From the NCBI RefSeq assembly GCF_009914755.1, contig NC_060939.1: DNA of 64,000 bases; one strand, given 5' to 3'. Below the pieces are notes generated by a model. The model worked only from the letters and a program-made list of their open reading frames with translations. It was not told the origin of the DNA and searched no databases. A program made the position numbers and the translations under genes. How positions within the stretch are numbered: the stretch's first letter is position 1; every line of letters starts with the position of its first letter. Of this stretch, positions 1-21,207 are shown one piece after another. The stretch comes from the human T2T-CHM13v2.0 reference genome, Homo sapiens.

Positions 1-392
1 GAGAGGAGAGAGCCTTCCCTCATTCTGGGCAGAGCGGCTATCCTTGTTCACTTTTTGGCCTTCAGACAACTCCGGAGAGTGGCCCTGGCCAGTTACCCTC
101 AATTGTCAAAGAGATACTAGTAAATGGCCACTGAAAGACTGAAAAGAGAAAAGGATTCAGGTCACTCACCCGAACCAGGCAGCAGCAATCAGTTGCTTCC
201 ACATGGGGACCCTTCAGTCCCACCATTCAGTCCCAGAGTATAGTCGTGGCCAGAAACCTGCAATTGTCTCTGTGCTTAGACACTCTTCAATGAGGGTCCA
301 AAATAGGGAAAGGGAAAGAGAGAGAAGGGAGGGAGTTCCTTGTGAGGAGAGAGAGTTCCTGTACAATAGAGTCCCCTTATGGGCCACTAAAA
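1..392 (-). mobile_element. ERV1 (MER4-group) internal leader region with tRNA-Ile-like primer binding site
   Basis: Reverse complement of 371-389 reads TAGTGGCCCATAAGGGGAC, close to the Ile PBS TGGTGGCCCGTACGGGGA, directly after the LTR. Sequence resembles the ERV leader at 3480-3750. Confidence 0.7.
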
Positions 393-894
393 TGTAGAGG
401 AACAATGGACAGCAGTGCATGGGGTAAAAGAATTTTTACCAAGACAGCCGTAGCTAGAGATAGGTTAGATTTATTAGAGAAAGTAGGAAAATATGTTGCA
501 CAAAAGTCAGCGGACAAGTTAGCATGAGGGAAGCTAACTGTGAGGACACAAAGGATTGCTGAGGATTTTATAGAATGGAACTTGGGCTGATTGATAACAC
601 CAAGTAGCAGGGCACTTAACCTGCATTCTTCTGTCAGGGGTGTTTGATAAATTGAGGCAACTCATAGTAAGCAGGAAGGTTGTGAGTTATATATGTTATC
701 TGAGCAGGAGGGCCATATGTCTTGGACCATATGTCCTGGGCCATAAAGAAAAGCAGACCTGTAACTTACCTGCTTTCTCTTGTTTAAATTTTCTGGACAT
801 GCAGAAGGGCCTATTGATAGCCTCTTTGCTTTATCTCTTTTGCTTTCCCCTGGTCCTTCCAGCCTGATTCCCTTTCGCTAATTAGGACCTGACA
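393..894 (-). mobile_element. ERV1 5' LTR, MER83-like
   Basis: TG...CA termini. Minus strand starts TGTCAGGTCCTAATTAGCGAAAGGGAATCAGGCTGG, as recalled for MER83; PBS adjacent. Confidence 0.6.
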
Positions 895-1120
895 GATTGG
901 ATACAAATCTATACATGGATTTATTTATATTTTATTTTATTTTTAAAAAATTCTAAGGCTAGCCAAGTGAAGCAGTGGGAGTGGAACAGGCATTTATATT
1001 TCAAGTATACTTTACACAGATAGCCTGAAGCTAGTTGTATACAATATTTTAATAACTGTGCATGAAACAAAGCTTGCATACACTGAACCATCAGAAAGCA
1101 GTGTCACTATCTTGGCTTCC
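895..1120 (+). mobile_element. Tigger4 (Zombi) DNA transposon fragment
   Basis: TGTGCATGAAACAAAG...GAACCATCAGAAAGCA...GTCACTATCT matches Tigger4; paralogous to 46050-46290. Confidence 0.7.
955..985 (-). pseudogene. 5'-truncated Y3 RNA retropseudogene
   Basis: AAGGCTAGCCAAGTGAAGCAGTGGGAGTGGA is the reverse complement of the hY3 3' end. T-rich tail on the left; ATTTATATTT on both sides as TSD. Confidence 0.8.
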
Positions 1121-1124
1121 CATG

Positions 1125-2199
<1,075 letters not shown>

Positions 2200-2207
2200 T
2201 GCCTGTA

Positions 2208-4249
2208 CATTCCTGGTTGAGAGTGTCCAGGTTCTTGTGTCTTGAACAAAGAATTGGACAGAAGTTTTGCACAAATAAAGCAAGGAAAGAATGAAGCAAC
2301 AAAAGCAAAGATTTACTGAAAATGAAAGCATGCTTCACAGATGTGAGTGGGCCCAAGCAAGCAGCTCAAGGACCTTGGTTACAGAATTTTCTGGGGTTTG
2401 AATACCCTCTAGAGGTTTCCCATTGGTTACTTGGTGTGTGCCCTATGTAAATGAAGAGGTTGGAGTTACAAAGCCATTTACATTCCTGTCATTGCTGAAG
2501 TGTTTCCATTCATTTAGTTCTAGGAAGTCCTTAGGTTCCCTGCCTCCAGGCCCCTATTCTCCTGCCTCATTTCCCCCCTGAAAGACGTGGTCCTCATAAG
2601 TCTTTATGGAGGCAGAGGGACCAATGCTTTAATCTGTAACTGCTTCATGGTGGCTTGGAGCATAGTCCCTGTCTATTGGGAATCACAGAACAGTGAAATT
2701 GGGTGGAATAGATGGAGAGTTGTCTACAGTGGAATCAGGTGGAATAGACAAAGAGTTGTCTACAGTGGAATTGGGTGGAACAGATGGAGAGCTGTCTACA
2801 ATGGAATCAGGTCAAATAGAGGGAGAGTTGCCCATAGTGGTCTGGAAAAGGGAAAAGTGCTTTGAAAAGTGGAAGGTTTATCAGGTGACCCAAATTTTAC
2901 TTGTGGTGTCCCCCTGGAAAAATGCTGGGCCCTGACTGGGGTCCCCATTGGTGTCCCCCTACTGGGCTTCATCTTAGTCTGTCAGAAATCTCTGACCTTA
3001 TATGGGTGACAGCACTGCTTTGGAATGGTTCCTTCCACCACTGATGGTCTACTATTAGCTTTCCCTCTTGTTTCTGGATGAAGGTCTCAACTTGTGGAAT
3101 TAATTTTCAGTCAAACCTTTGGATTTTTTTTATCCCACTTAATTATTTAACTCACTAAATTTAGGTACAATTAAATTGTACATAAATTCCCTTTTATGAA
3201 TCAGTCCAATCACTCTCACAGACCATCTGCGACATGCCCAAACCCTCTGACTTGTCTTTAGCAGGCTGAGTAGGGGAAAGGAAGAATTTAGCATATGGAA
3301 AGAGGGTTTAAGAAAGATAAGAAAGAAAGATAGGTGAAATGTGTGAGTTCACCCTGGACAAGCTGCCGCTGCCAATTGCATCACATGTAGGGATCAGAAA
3401 TTATAATTAGAAAGGATAGAAAAGAGTCCCCGTTCTGGGGAAGTGACCATCCCTGTTCATTCCTTGGCCTCTGGCAATGCCAGAGAGTGGCCCTAGCCAG
3501 TTGCCCTCACTTACAAAGGAGCTACTAGGAAATGGCCACTGAAAGACTGAGAAAGGAAGAAAAGAAAAGACCTCAGTAAAAGGTAAAAAGGAATAGGATT
3601 CAGAAAAAGGAAAAGGACTCAGGTCCCATTCCCAAACCTGGCCCTGGCAATCAGGCGCTTCCACATGGAAACCTTTCAGTTTCACCAGAGAGTGGCCCTG
3701 GCCATAAACTTGCAGTTTTCTCCATGCTTAGGTGCCATCCACCGAGGGTCCCGAGCTGGAAAGGGGGAGAGAGAGAGAGAGAGAGAAAGAAGGGGAAAAA
3801 AGAAAAACCCTAAACTTTGGTCTTACCTCCCATCTGGCCCACCAAAATATGTTACCACTTTAGGGTGTCCAGTTCTTGGCGTTTTGAGCAAAGAATTGGA
3901 CAAAAGTTTTGCACAAATAAAGCAAGGAAAGAGTGAAGCAACAAAAACAGAGAATTACTGGACATGAAAGCATGTACCACAGGGTGGGAGCAGGCCCAAG
4001 CAGTGGCTCAAGGGCCCTGGTTACAGAATTTTCTGGGGTTTCAGGACCCTCTAGAGGTTACTATTGGTTACTTGGTGTGTGCCCTATGTAATTGGAGAGG
4101 ATGTTATTTGATGTGTGGCCTATGAAAATAGAGAGGATGAAGTAAAGTTACAAAGCCATTCACATTCCTGTCATTGCTGAGTTCTTTCCATTTGATTTAG
4201 TTCTAGGAACTGAAGGTTTTCTTCCTCCGGGTTCTATTCTCCTGCCTTA
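2208..4249 (-). mobile_element. Non-autonomous ERV1 provirus with two MER61/MER51-like LTRs (2208-2569, 3850-4249)
   Basis: Paired LTRs, TGTA TSD (2204-2207 / 4250-4253), polypurine tract at 2570-2580, Arg-like PBS at about 3828-3845, no recognisable pol. Confidence 0.85.
2690..2840. repeat. 36-bp tandem repeat, about 4 copies, inside the ERV internal region
   Basis: GGTGGAA recurs at 2702, 2738 and 2774, with a degenerate fourth copy. Confidence 0.85.
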
Positions 4250-4462
4250 TGTACCACCAATAACAAACAGTGGCATGGTTTCAGTTTCTTTCTATAATGT
4301 TGTGTTTTGATTTGAAGCTCACTGTACACTATATTTTTGTAGGCCAGAAGAAACATGAGCAGTTGAGGGACCAGGAAGTGCATCCTGTATAGATGAGGCG
4401 TTCTGCTGGGTGGCATTTTAAATGTTAATTTTTTTTTTATTTAGGGATGCACATGTATATGT
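4250..4462 (+). mobile_element. Tigger4 right end
   Basis: Paralogous to 48020-48248; degenerate TTAGGGATGC terminal motif. Confidence 0.55.
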
Positions 4463-5775
<1,313 letters not shown>

Positions 5776-5794
5776 GTGTAAATATAAGAAAACA

Positions 5795-6986
5795 TATAAA
5801 CACAGTCTTATTTATAGAAATAAGACTGAACACCTATAACCCTCTGATCTTCAACAAACCTGATAAAAACAAGCAATTGGAGAAGAATTCCCCACCTAAT
5901 AAATGGTTCTGGGAGAACTGGATAGCCATATGCAGAAAAGTTGAAATTGGTCCCCTTCCTTAAGCTATATACAAAAATTAACTCAAGATGGATTAAAGAC
6001 TTACATGTAAAACTCAAAACTATAAAAATCCTAGAATAAATCTAGGCAATACAATTCAGTACATAGGCACAGGCAAAATTTCATAATGAAAATGCCAAAA
6101 GCAATTGCAACCAAAGCAAAAATTGTCAAATGAGATGTAATTAAACTAAACAGCTTCTTCACATTAAAAGAAACTAACATTAAAGTAAACAGACAACCTA
6201 CAGAATGGGAGAAAATTTTAGCAATGCATTCGTCTAACAAAGGTCAAATAGTCTACAAGGAACTTAAACAAATTTGAATAAACAAAACAGAACAAATGAA
6301 CAACCCCATTAAAAAGTGGGCAAGTGAGATGAATGACCACTTTTCAAAATAAGACATACAGACAGCCAAAAAACGTGAAAAAAAAATCTCAACCTCACTG
6401 ATAATTAGAGAAATGCACATCAAAACCACAATGAGATACCATCTCATGCCAGTCAGAATGGCAATTATTAAAAAGTCAGAAAAACTACAGATGCTGGCAA
6501 GATTGTGGAGGAAAAGGAACTCTTTTATACCATTGGTGGGAGTGTAAAAAAAGGTAAACTATTGTGGAAGACAGTGTGGTGATTCCTGAAAGACCTAGTG
6601 TCAGAAATACCATTTGTTCCACAAGACCATTACTGGGTATATACCTCCCAAAATATAAATTGTTCTGTTATAAAGACACATGCACACCTATGTTCATTGC
6701 AGCACTATTTACTATAGCAAAGACATGGAATCAAGACTGGATAAAGAAAGTGGTACATATACACCCTGGAATACTATACAGCCATAAAAAGGAATGAGAT
6801 TATCTCCTTTTGCAGAAACACGGATGGAGTTGGAAGCCATTATCCTCAGCAAACTATCACAGGAACAGAAAACCAAACACCGGAGCTGAATGATGGGAGC
6901 ACATGGGTACATAGGGGGAACAACACACATGGGGGCCTGTCAAGGGTGGGGTTGGGTAGGGAGAGCATCAAATAGCTAATGGATAC
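5795..6986 (+). mobile_element. Older L1PA/L1PB 3' portion (ORF2 end and 3'UTR)
   Basis: Clear L1 ORF2 3' homology (CYKDTCTPMFIAALFTIAKTWNQ). Confidence 0.9.
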
Positions 6987-6989
6987 TTG

Positions 6990-8125
6990 CCCTTGAAGTA
7001 GTAGATAAGAATATTAACTTCCTTTTGGATACAGGGGCTGCTTACTCTGTTTTAACCCATTATAATGGGCATCCGTCACCCCAAAACTGTATGGTCATGG
7101 GAACATGTGGACAAGCTCATATGCCACTTTACCTATCCTTTAAAGCTTCTCTTCAGAGATTCTGGTTTCTCACATGTCTTTCTTATCATGCGTGAATGCC
7201 CCATCCCCTTGTTGGGAAGGGATTTGTTGACATAGCTGCAAACAGTGGTATCTTTGGAAATCGCAAGGCAGAGGAGGGGTTGCTCCTTCTCCTTTCCTGT
7301 GATAAGAGAGGAAACTCAGTAGGAAACTTACCTAGCTTATGTATTAAAGTAACCTCTCAAGTAAATCATATAGTATGGGACACTGAGTTTCCAGGCAAAG
7401 TGTTAAACATTCCTCTGGTTTGTGTCCAACTTAAGCTTAGTAACCCATACCCCTGGAAGAGACACTACCCCTTTAAACCAAAGGTGCAATCCAGCCATTA
7501 ATAGCTAAGTTTTTGCAGTTTGGATAGATAAGACCCTGTGAGTCCCCTTGTAATACACCAATCTTGCCTGTTGAAAAAACAAATGGAGACTATAGATTTG
7601 TTGAAGATCTTCAAGCTGTCAATGAGGCTGTTATTCCCATACCTCCTATAGTAACTAATCTCTACATGCTGTTAGCCCAGGTCCCTGGGGATGTCAATTA
7701 GTTTAGCTCTTAGATCTTAAAGATGCTTTTTTTTTTTTTTCAATCTACTACATCCTGATTTGCAATTCCTCTTTGCATTTGAATGGGCTGATCCTGCTAG
7801 TCATTTTATTTCTCAATTAACTTGGATAGTTCTTCCCTAGAGGTTTAGGGACACACTCATCTATTTGGAAATGCATCAGCTAGAGAATTGTTACAATTGA
7901 ATAAGGTACTATTATCTAATATATGGATGACTTCTTGGTCTCCAGCCCAACCAAAAGAGATTCAGATGAAAATACCATTAAGTTTCTAAATTTTCTGTGA
8001 ACTAATGGGTATAGGGTCTCAACACATAAGGCCCAGATTTCAACTCAAAAGATTAAATACTTAAGGTATTTCCTAACCCCTCGTACTCACGCAATAGCCC
8101 CAGAATGAAGGGAAGCCGTCTTGGG
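6990..8125 (+). mobile_element. Gammaretrovirus-like ERV1 pro-pol fragment (decayed protease and RT)
   Basis: FLLDTGAAYSVL at about 7019-7054, PIPLLGRDLL, SPCNTPILPV, LDLKDAFF and YMDD (7920-7931); contains stops and frameshifts. Confidence 0.9.
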
Positions 8126-10670
<2,545 letters not shown>

Positions 10671-10676
10671 CTTTAG

Positions 10677-10773
10677 AAGGGAGAACATCAGGAAGAATAG
10701 CTAATGGATGCTGGTCTTAATGCCTAGGTGATGGGATTCGCTGTGCAGCAGACTACCATGGCACATGTCTACC
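10677..10773 (+). mobile_element. L1PA 3'UTR fragment continuing the L1 that ends at 6986
   Basis: GGGAGAACATCAGGAAGAATAGCTAATGGATGC...CCATGGCACATGT. Confidence 0.75.
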
Positions 10774-11844
10774 TTTTCTAATAATGATATATTTATCTAT
10801 TCCAGAACCTATTCCAGAATACCACATGACAATTACTGTCAGGTATTTTACTTATTATTACTTGGTGCATAACAAATTACTACATACCTTAGTGTCTCAA
10901 AATCACATACCTATTACTCACAGTTTCTCTGAGTCTTCAGTCCAGATGTAGATGATGACCCATGCTGAGGCTCAGTTGGAGAAGGGTCTCCTTCCAAGCT
11001 CATGTGATTGGTCTTCAGATTCACTTCCCTGCCCTGATCAAGAAGAATTCACTAGTGTGTTCTGACCCTTAAATTTCCCCTAAATTGACAATGTTATTCT
11101 AAAATTCATATATAATACAGTACAGCCAGAGCAGCCTACATAATCTAGAAAAAGTAATAAAAGGTTGGCATAATAGACACATACTTCCTGATTTCAAAAC
11201 TTACTACAAAGTAAGAGTAATCAAAATTTATGGTAGTAGTGTAAGGATCTATTTATATTGTTCAATGGAATAGCATATAATGCTCAAAAATAAATTCTTA
11301 AATTTATCATGAAATAATTGTATACTGCGGCCATATAAATTAGGTATGGAGAAATTTTTTCATTAAGTGTTTCTGGAAGAAGTGGGTATCAACATGTAAG
11401 TCAGACTCCTGCCTTACACTGAAAACTTGACTCAAAATGATCATACTTGAAATATAAGAGCTAAATAGGTACAAACTGTAGAAAAGAACATAGGAATAAA
11501 TCTTTGCAGTCCTATGTTAAACAATGCTTTCTAAGATATGACACTGAAAGCACCAGGAAAAGATGGAAAAAATAAATATATATTTAACTTCATTATAATT
11601 GAAAACCTTTGAAATTAAAAGTACACCATCAAATACAGAGAAACCCAAAGAGTGGGAGAAAATGCAAATTTTATAGTTGATAATGGTCTGTTATGCAGAA
11701 TATATGGCAATATCTTACACTTCAAAGATAAAATGGCAAATATCCCAATCCAAATTGGAAAGTTATTCAAGTAGCCAACTCTCCAAAAAGTTATTGTCAT
11801 ATCCAAAATCACATGAAAAGGCACTCAGTGCCTTTTGACATTAT

Positions 11845-12347
11845 GAGGTGAGAGAATGGCAGGACTTGTTTTCTGTTAACAACCCTACTGAGCAAAACAA
11901 GATCTGTTTCACACAGGATAAAGTAAAGAAACCACCAGAAACCAGCAGATGGAGACAAAAGTGATCCTGGCTATCCTCATTGCTCACTGCCTTAAGACAC
12001 TCCCAACAGCACAATGACTGTTTACAAATTCCATTGCAACCACCCGCAATTTCAATGGCAACAACCCAGAAGTTACTGCCCCTTTCTTAGAAAGTCCTAA
12101 ATAACCTGCCCCTCAATTTGCATGTAATTGAAAGCAGATTTACCTTAGTATAAATACAGTTGCCAAAAGGTCACAGGTTGCCAACTCTGGATGCAATGCC
12201 TATGTGTTACTCCTGCTCTGGAAGAAGCAATACTCAGTAAAAAATTGCTGTCTAATACCAGCAGCTCAACCTTAAATTAATTTCGTGGGCAAACTAAGAA
12301 CCTTCCCAGTCTAAGCCCTAATTTGGGGGCTCACCTGTCCCGCAATT
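11845..12347 (+). mobile_element. Solo ERV1 LTR, MER66-like
   Basis: Ends AAGAACCTTCCCAGTCTAAGCCCTAATTTGGGGGCTCACCTGTCC; absent from paralogous units. Confidence 0.6.
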
Positions 12348-12646
12348 ATTAGTGGAAGGAAAATCTAAACAATCATGAAATATACTTCAAAAATCTAAAT
12401 GTCATATTGCTAAATAAAAACATGGAAGTTGGAAAAGACAAAATACTGTATAATTCCCTTTGTATGATTCTAGAAAAAATATGGTGATAGTAAAGAATTC
12501 AGTGGTAACAAGGGGCTTGGGAGAGAGAGAAAGTTTGAATCAGTGAAGTATGGGAGATTTCTTTTGGGCAGTGAAATTACTTTCTCTGATACTGTAATGG
12601 TGGATACATAATAATGTTTTCCATATACTGAAGAACTTTATATTAG

Positions 12647-12723
12647 TACATATGTAACTAACCTGCACATTGTGCACATGTACCCTAAAACTTAAAGTAT
12701 AATAATAATGAAATAAAAAAAAG
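12647..12723 (+). mobile_element. Very short 5'-truncated young L1PA 3' end
   Basis: TGTAACTAACCTGCACATTGTGCACATGTACCCTAAAACTTAAAG plus A tail; AAGAA(C/T)TTT TSD. Confidence 0.9.
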
Positions 12724-13478
12724 AATTTTGTACACATATATCAGTGTATACTCGCTCACAAATATACATGTTTATTTGCTCTGTCAGCCAAGAAAGCCAT
12801 GATTTAACAGAAACCCCAAGCATAATTAGTACACCCATTGAGTGCCCAGATCTTCTTTTTTATTCTATTTTCCAATAAATGTGAAGAAATCGTGAATACT
12901 AGGCATGTGAAGAGAATAAACACATTTAGCCTGTAGTTCCTAGTAGTGCCAGAACTAAAAACAATGACAAACAACAACATAACCAATCAACAAAACACAT
13001 AACAACATCAAACCATAATTATTGAGGTATCAGTGGCCAACACTGGAACAAATTTAGCAAGAAAATCAATGAAGTAGTAATAAGTGGAATAAGTAATAAG
13101 TGGAAATTAGATATCTATGTTGGTATACTGATTTAAATAAATAATTGGATAAATATACAAAGAAATATAGACACACGTCCAAACAGGGTTTTTTTGGTTG
13201 TGTTTTGTTTTAATTCTGCCTCATCAGGAGGAGAGTGTGATTGCCCACTTCTTAAGTGTATGTTGTATATACTCACATTTTTTCTTGAAATATACAATAT
13301 GGAAAGGGGGAAAAAGTAATTTTGCAATGGAGAAATTTGATAAGAATGATCTCACCCAGGTGATAAAATTAATACCAATAGTCATAAACCAGGTTAGTAA
13401 TATTTAACCTTGATGTGATGTGATGTCATTTTCTCTGTGCGGTCTTCCTCCTTTAAACCAAGAAACTGGATCATTTTA

Positions 13479-13807
<329 letters not shown>

Positions 13808-13938
13808 TCAAAACCACCTAAAAAAATGGGAGAAATGTTTGCAAATCATACAACTGATAGCAGTGTATTGTTCAAAATACATAGAACATCTCACAACTAA
13901 AAAATTAAAAGTGACATATCCTAATTAAAAGTGGGTGA

Positions 13939-14252
13939 GGCTGAGTGCGGTGGCTCACATCTGTAATCCCAGAGCTTTGGGAGGCTGAGATGGAAGAATC
14001 AATTGAGGCCAGGAATTTGAGCCCAGTCTATGCAACATAGTGAGACCCTGTACCCACATTTTTTTTTTATTAGCGGGGTATGGTAGCATGCACGTGTAGT
14101 CTCAGCTACTCGAGACAGTGAGGTATGAGAATCACTTGAGTGCAGGAGTTTGAGGCCACAGTGAGCTACAGTGACCACCCCATTGCACTACAGCCTGGGT
14201 GGAAGAGCCAGACCCCATTTCTATGCAACTTAAAATAAATAAATAAAAATAA
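13939..14252 (+). mobile_element. AluJ-like
   Basis: Diverged dimer; TSD TAAAAGTGGGT. Confidence 0.9.
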
Positions 14253-14391
14253 AAGTGGGTAAATATTGTGAATAGACTCTTTCCTTCAAAGATGCTATGT
14301 AGATGTCCAAAAAGCACATGAAAAGTTGCTCAATACCTGACCTTTCAACTAAAATGCAAATCTGAACCAAGAGACACTTCACAAATACTAA

Positions 14392-14702
<311 letters not shown>

Positions 14703-16297
14703 TTAAAGGCATATTTTTAAGCAAAAGAAGCCAGTTTGAGGAGAGTGAATTCTGTGGGTAATTAAATTTAAACGATATTGTGACAAAGTGTAATTATAGA
14801 GACAGTAAAAAGATTAGTGGTTAGCAGGGACTTCAGAGAAAAAGGCTGAATAGGTAAAAAATATTCTTTACAGTGAAATTATTTTCTATTATACTGGAAT
14901 AGTGGGTGAATGACACTATTTTTCAAATCCTGAAGAATTTTACATCACAAAGTGTGAATGCAGATGTATGCAAATTAAAAACCTTACTTAGTAGGTTGGG
15001 GAATCCCAGGGAGCCGTGCAGACAACATAACATAAATGTGTAACACATGTATGAAAAAAATTCATGAAGGGAGTGGGTGAAAAAGAGACTGACCAAAGTA
15101 ACTTAGGAAATAAGAGGAGATTCACAGTCTAAAACATTTGTGATTTGCAAGTGAGCATCTTACTTGGTGCAGACACTTTCCACCACCAATTTGGAAACCA
15201 CTATGCAAGTATTTTGGAACTCAATAATTACGCAAAGGAGGTGAACTGTTTCATTGTCAAAAGTGGGAGAGGGGGGCAGTTCCAAGATGGCCAAATAGGA
15301 ACAGCTCCAGTCTACAGCTCCCAGTGTCAGTGACGCAGAAGTTGGATAATTTCTGCATTTCCAGCTGAGTTACCGGGTTCATCTCATTGGGGACTGACAG
15401 ACAGTGGGTGCAGGACAGTGGGTGCAGTGCACTGAGCACTAGACAAAGCAGGGCGAGGCATCGCCTCACCTGGGAAGCACAAGGGGTCAGGGAATTCCCT
15501 TTTCTAGCCAAGGAAAGTGGTGACAGATGGCACCTGGAAGATCGGGTCACTCCCACCCTAATACTGCGCTTTTCCAACAGTCTTAGCAAACGGCACACCA
15601 GGAGATTATATCCTGTGCCTGGCTTGGAGGGTCCTACGCCCACGGAGTCTCACTCATTGCTAGCACAGCAGTCTGTGATCAAACTGCAAGGCGGCAGCAA
15701 GGCTGGGGGAGGGGCGCCTGCCATTGCCGAGGCTTGAGTAGGTAAACAAAGTGGCCAGGAAGCTCAAACTGGGTGGAGCCCACTGCAGCTCAAGGAGGCC
15801 TGCCTGCCTCTGTAGACTCCACCTCTGGGGGCAGGGCATAGCCAAACAAAAGGCAGCAGAAACCTCTGCAGACTTAAATGTCCCTGTCTGACAGATTGGA
15901 AGACAGTAGTGGTTCTCCCAGCATGCAGCTTGAGATGTGAGAATGGACAGACTGCCTCCTCAAGTGGGTCCCTGAACCCTGAGTAGCCTAACTGGGAGGT
16001 ACCTCCCAGTAGGGGCAGACTGACACCTCACACGGCCGGGTACCCCTAAGACAAAACTTCCAGAGGAATGATCAGGCAGCAACATTTGCTGTTCACCAAT
16101 ATCTGCTGTTCTGCAGCCTCTGCTGCTGATACCCAGGCAAACAGGGTCTGGAGTGGACCTCCGGCAAACTCCAACAGACCTGCAGCTGAGGGTCCTGACT
16201 GTTAGAAGGAAAACTAACAAACAGAAAGGACATCCACACCAAAACCCCCTCTGTACGTCACCATCATCAAAGATCTAATGTAGATAAAACCACAAAG

Positions 16298-17310
16298 ATG
16301 GGGAAAAAACAGCAGAAAAACTGAAAATTCTAAAAATCAGAGCGCCTCTCCTCCTCCAAAGGAATGCAGCTCCTCACCAGCAATGGAACAAAGCTCAATG
16401 GAGAATGACTTTGACAAGTTGAGAGAAGAAGGCTTCAGACGATCAAACTTCTCCAAGCTAAATGAGGAAGTGTGAACCCATGGCAAAGAAGTTAAAAACC
16501 TTGAAAAAAGATTAGACAAATGGTTAACTAGAATAATCAATGCAGAGAAGTCCTTAAAGGACCTGATGGAGCTGAAAACCATGGCATGAGAACTATGTGT
16601 TGAATGCACAAGCCTCAGTAGCTGACTCGATCAACTGGAAGAAAGGGTATCAGTGATGGAAGATCAAATGAATGAAATGAAGTGAGAAGAGAAGTTTAGA
16701 GAAAAAAGAATAAAAAGAAACGAACAAAGCCTCCAAGAAATGTGGGACTATGTGAAAAGACCAAATCTACGTCTGATTGGTGTACCTGAAAGTAACGGGG
16801 AGAATGGAACCAAGCTGGAAAACACTCTGCAGGATATTATCCAGGAGAACTTCCCCAATCTAGCAAGGCAGGCCAACATTCAGATTCAGGAAAAACAGAG
16901 AATGCCACAAAGATACTCCTTGAGAAGAGCAACTCCAGGACACGTAATTGTCAGATTCACCAAAGTTGAAACGCAGGAAAAAATGTTAAGGGCAGCCAGA
17001 GAGAAAGGTCGGGTTACCCACAAAGGAAAGCCCATCACACTAACAGCTGACCTCCCGGCAGAAACTCTACGAGCCAGAAGAGTGGGGGCCAATATTCAAC
17101 ATTCTTAAAGAAAAGAATTTTCAACCCAGAATTTCATATCCAGCCAAACTAAGATTCATAAGTGAAGGAGAAATAAAATCCTTTACAGACAAGCAAATGC
17201 TGAGAGATTTTGTCTCCCCCAGGCCTGCCCTACAAGAGCTCCTGAAGGAAGCACTAAACATGGAAAGGAACAACCGATACCAGTCACTGCAAAATCATGC
17301 CAAATTGTAA
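16298..17310 (+). pseudogene. L1 ORF1p, inactivated
   Basis: WDYVKRPNLRLIGVPE; frameshift near the start and in-frame TGA codons. Confidence 0.92.
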
Positions 17311-17373
17311 GGACCATCGAGGCTACGAAGAAACTGCATCAACTAATGAGCAAAATAACCAGCTAACATCATA

Positions 17374-21207
<3,834 letters not shown>

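Larger units (their letters stand above)
10775..13470 (+). mobile_element. Amplified unit copy: MLT1-like fragment followed by L1MC-type LINE
   Basis: CAGTTTCTCTG...CTTCCAAGCTCATG block shared with 23650 and 34000, followed by L1M ORF2 and 3'UTR. Confidence 0.7.
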
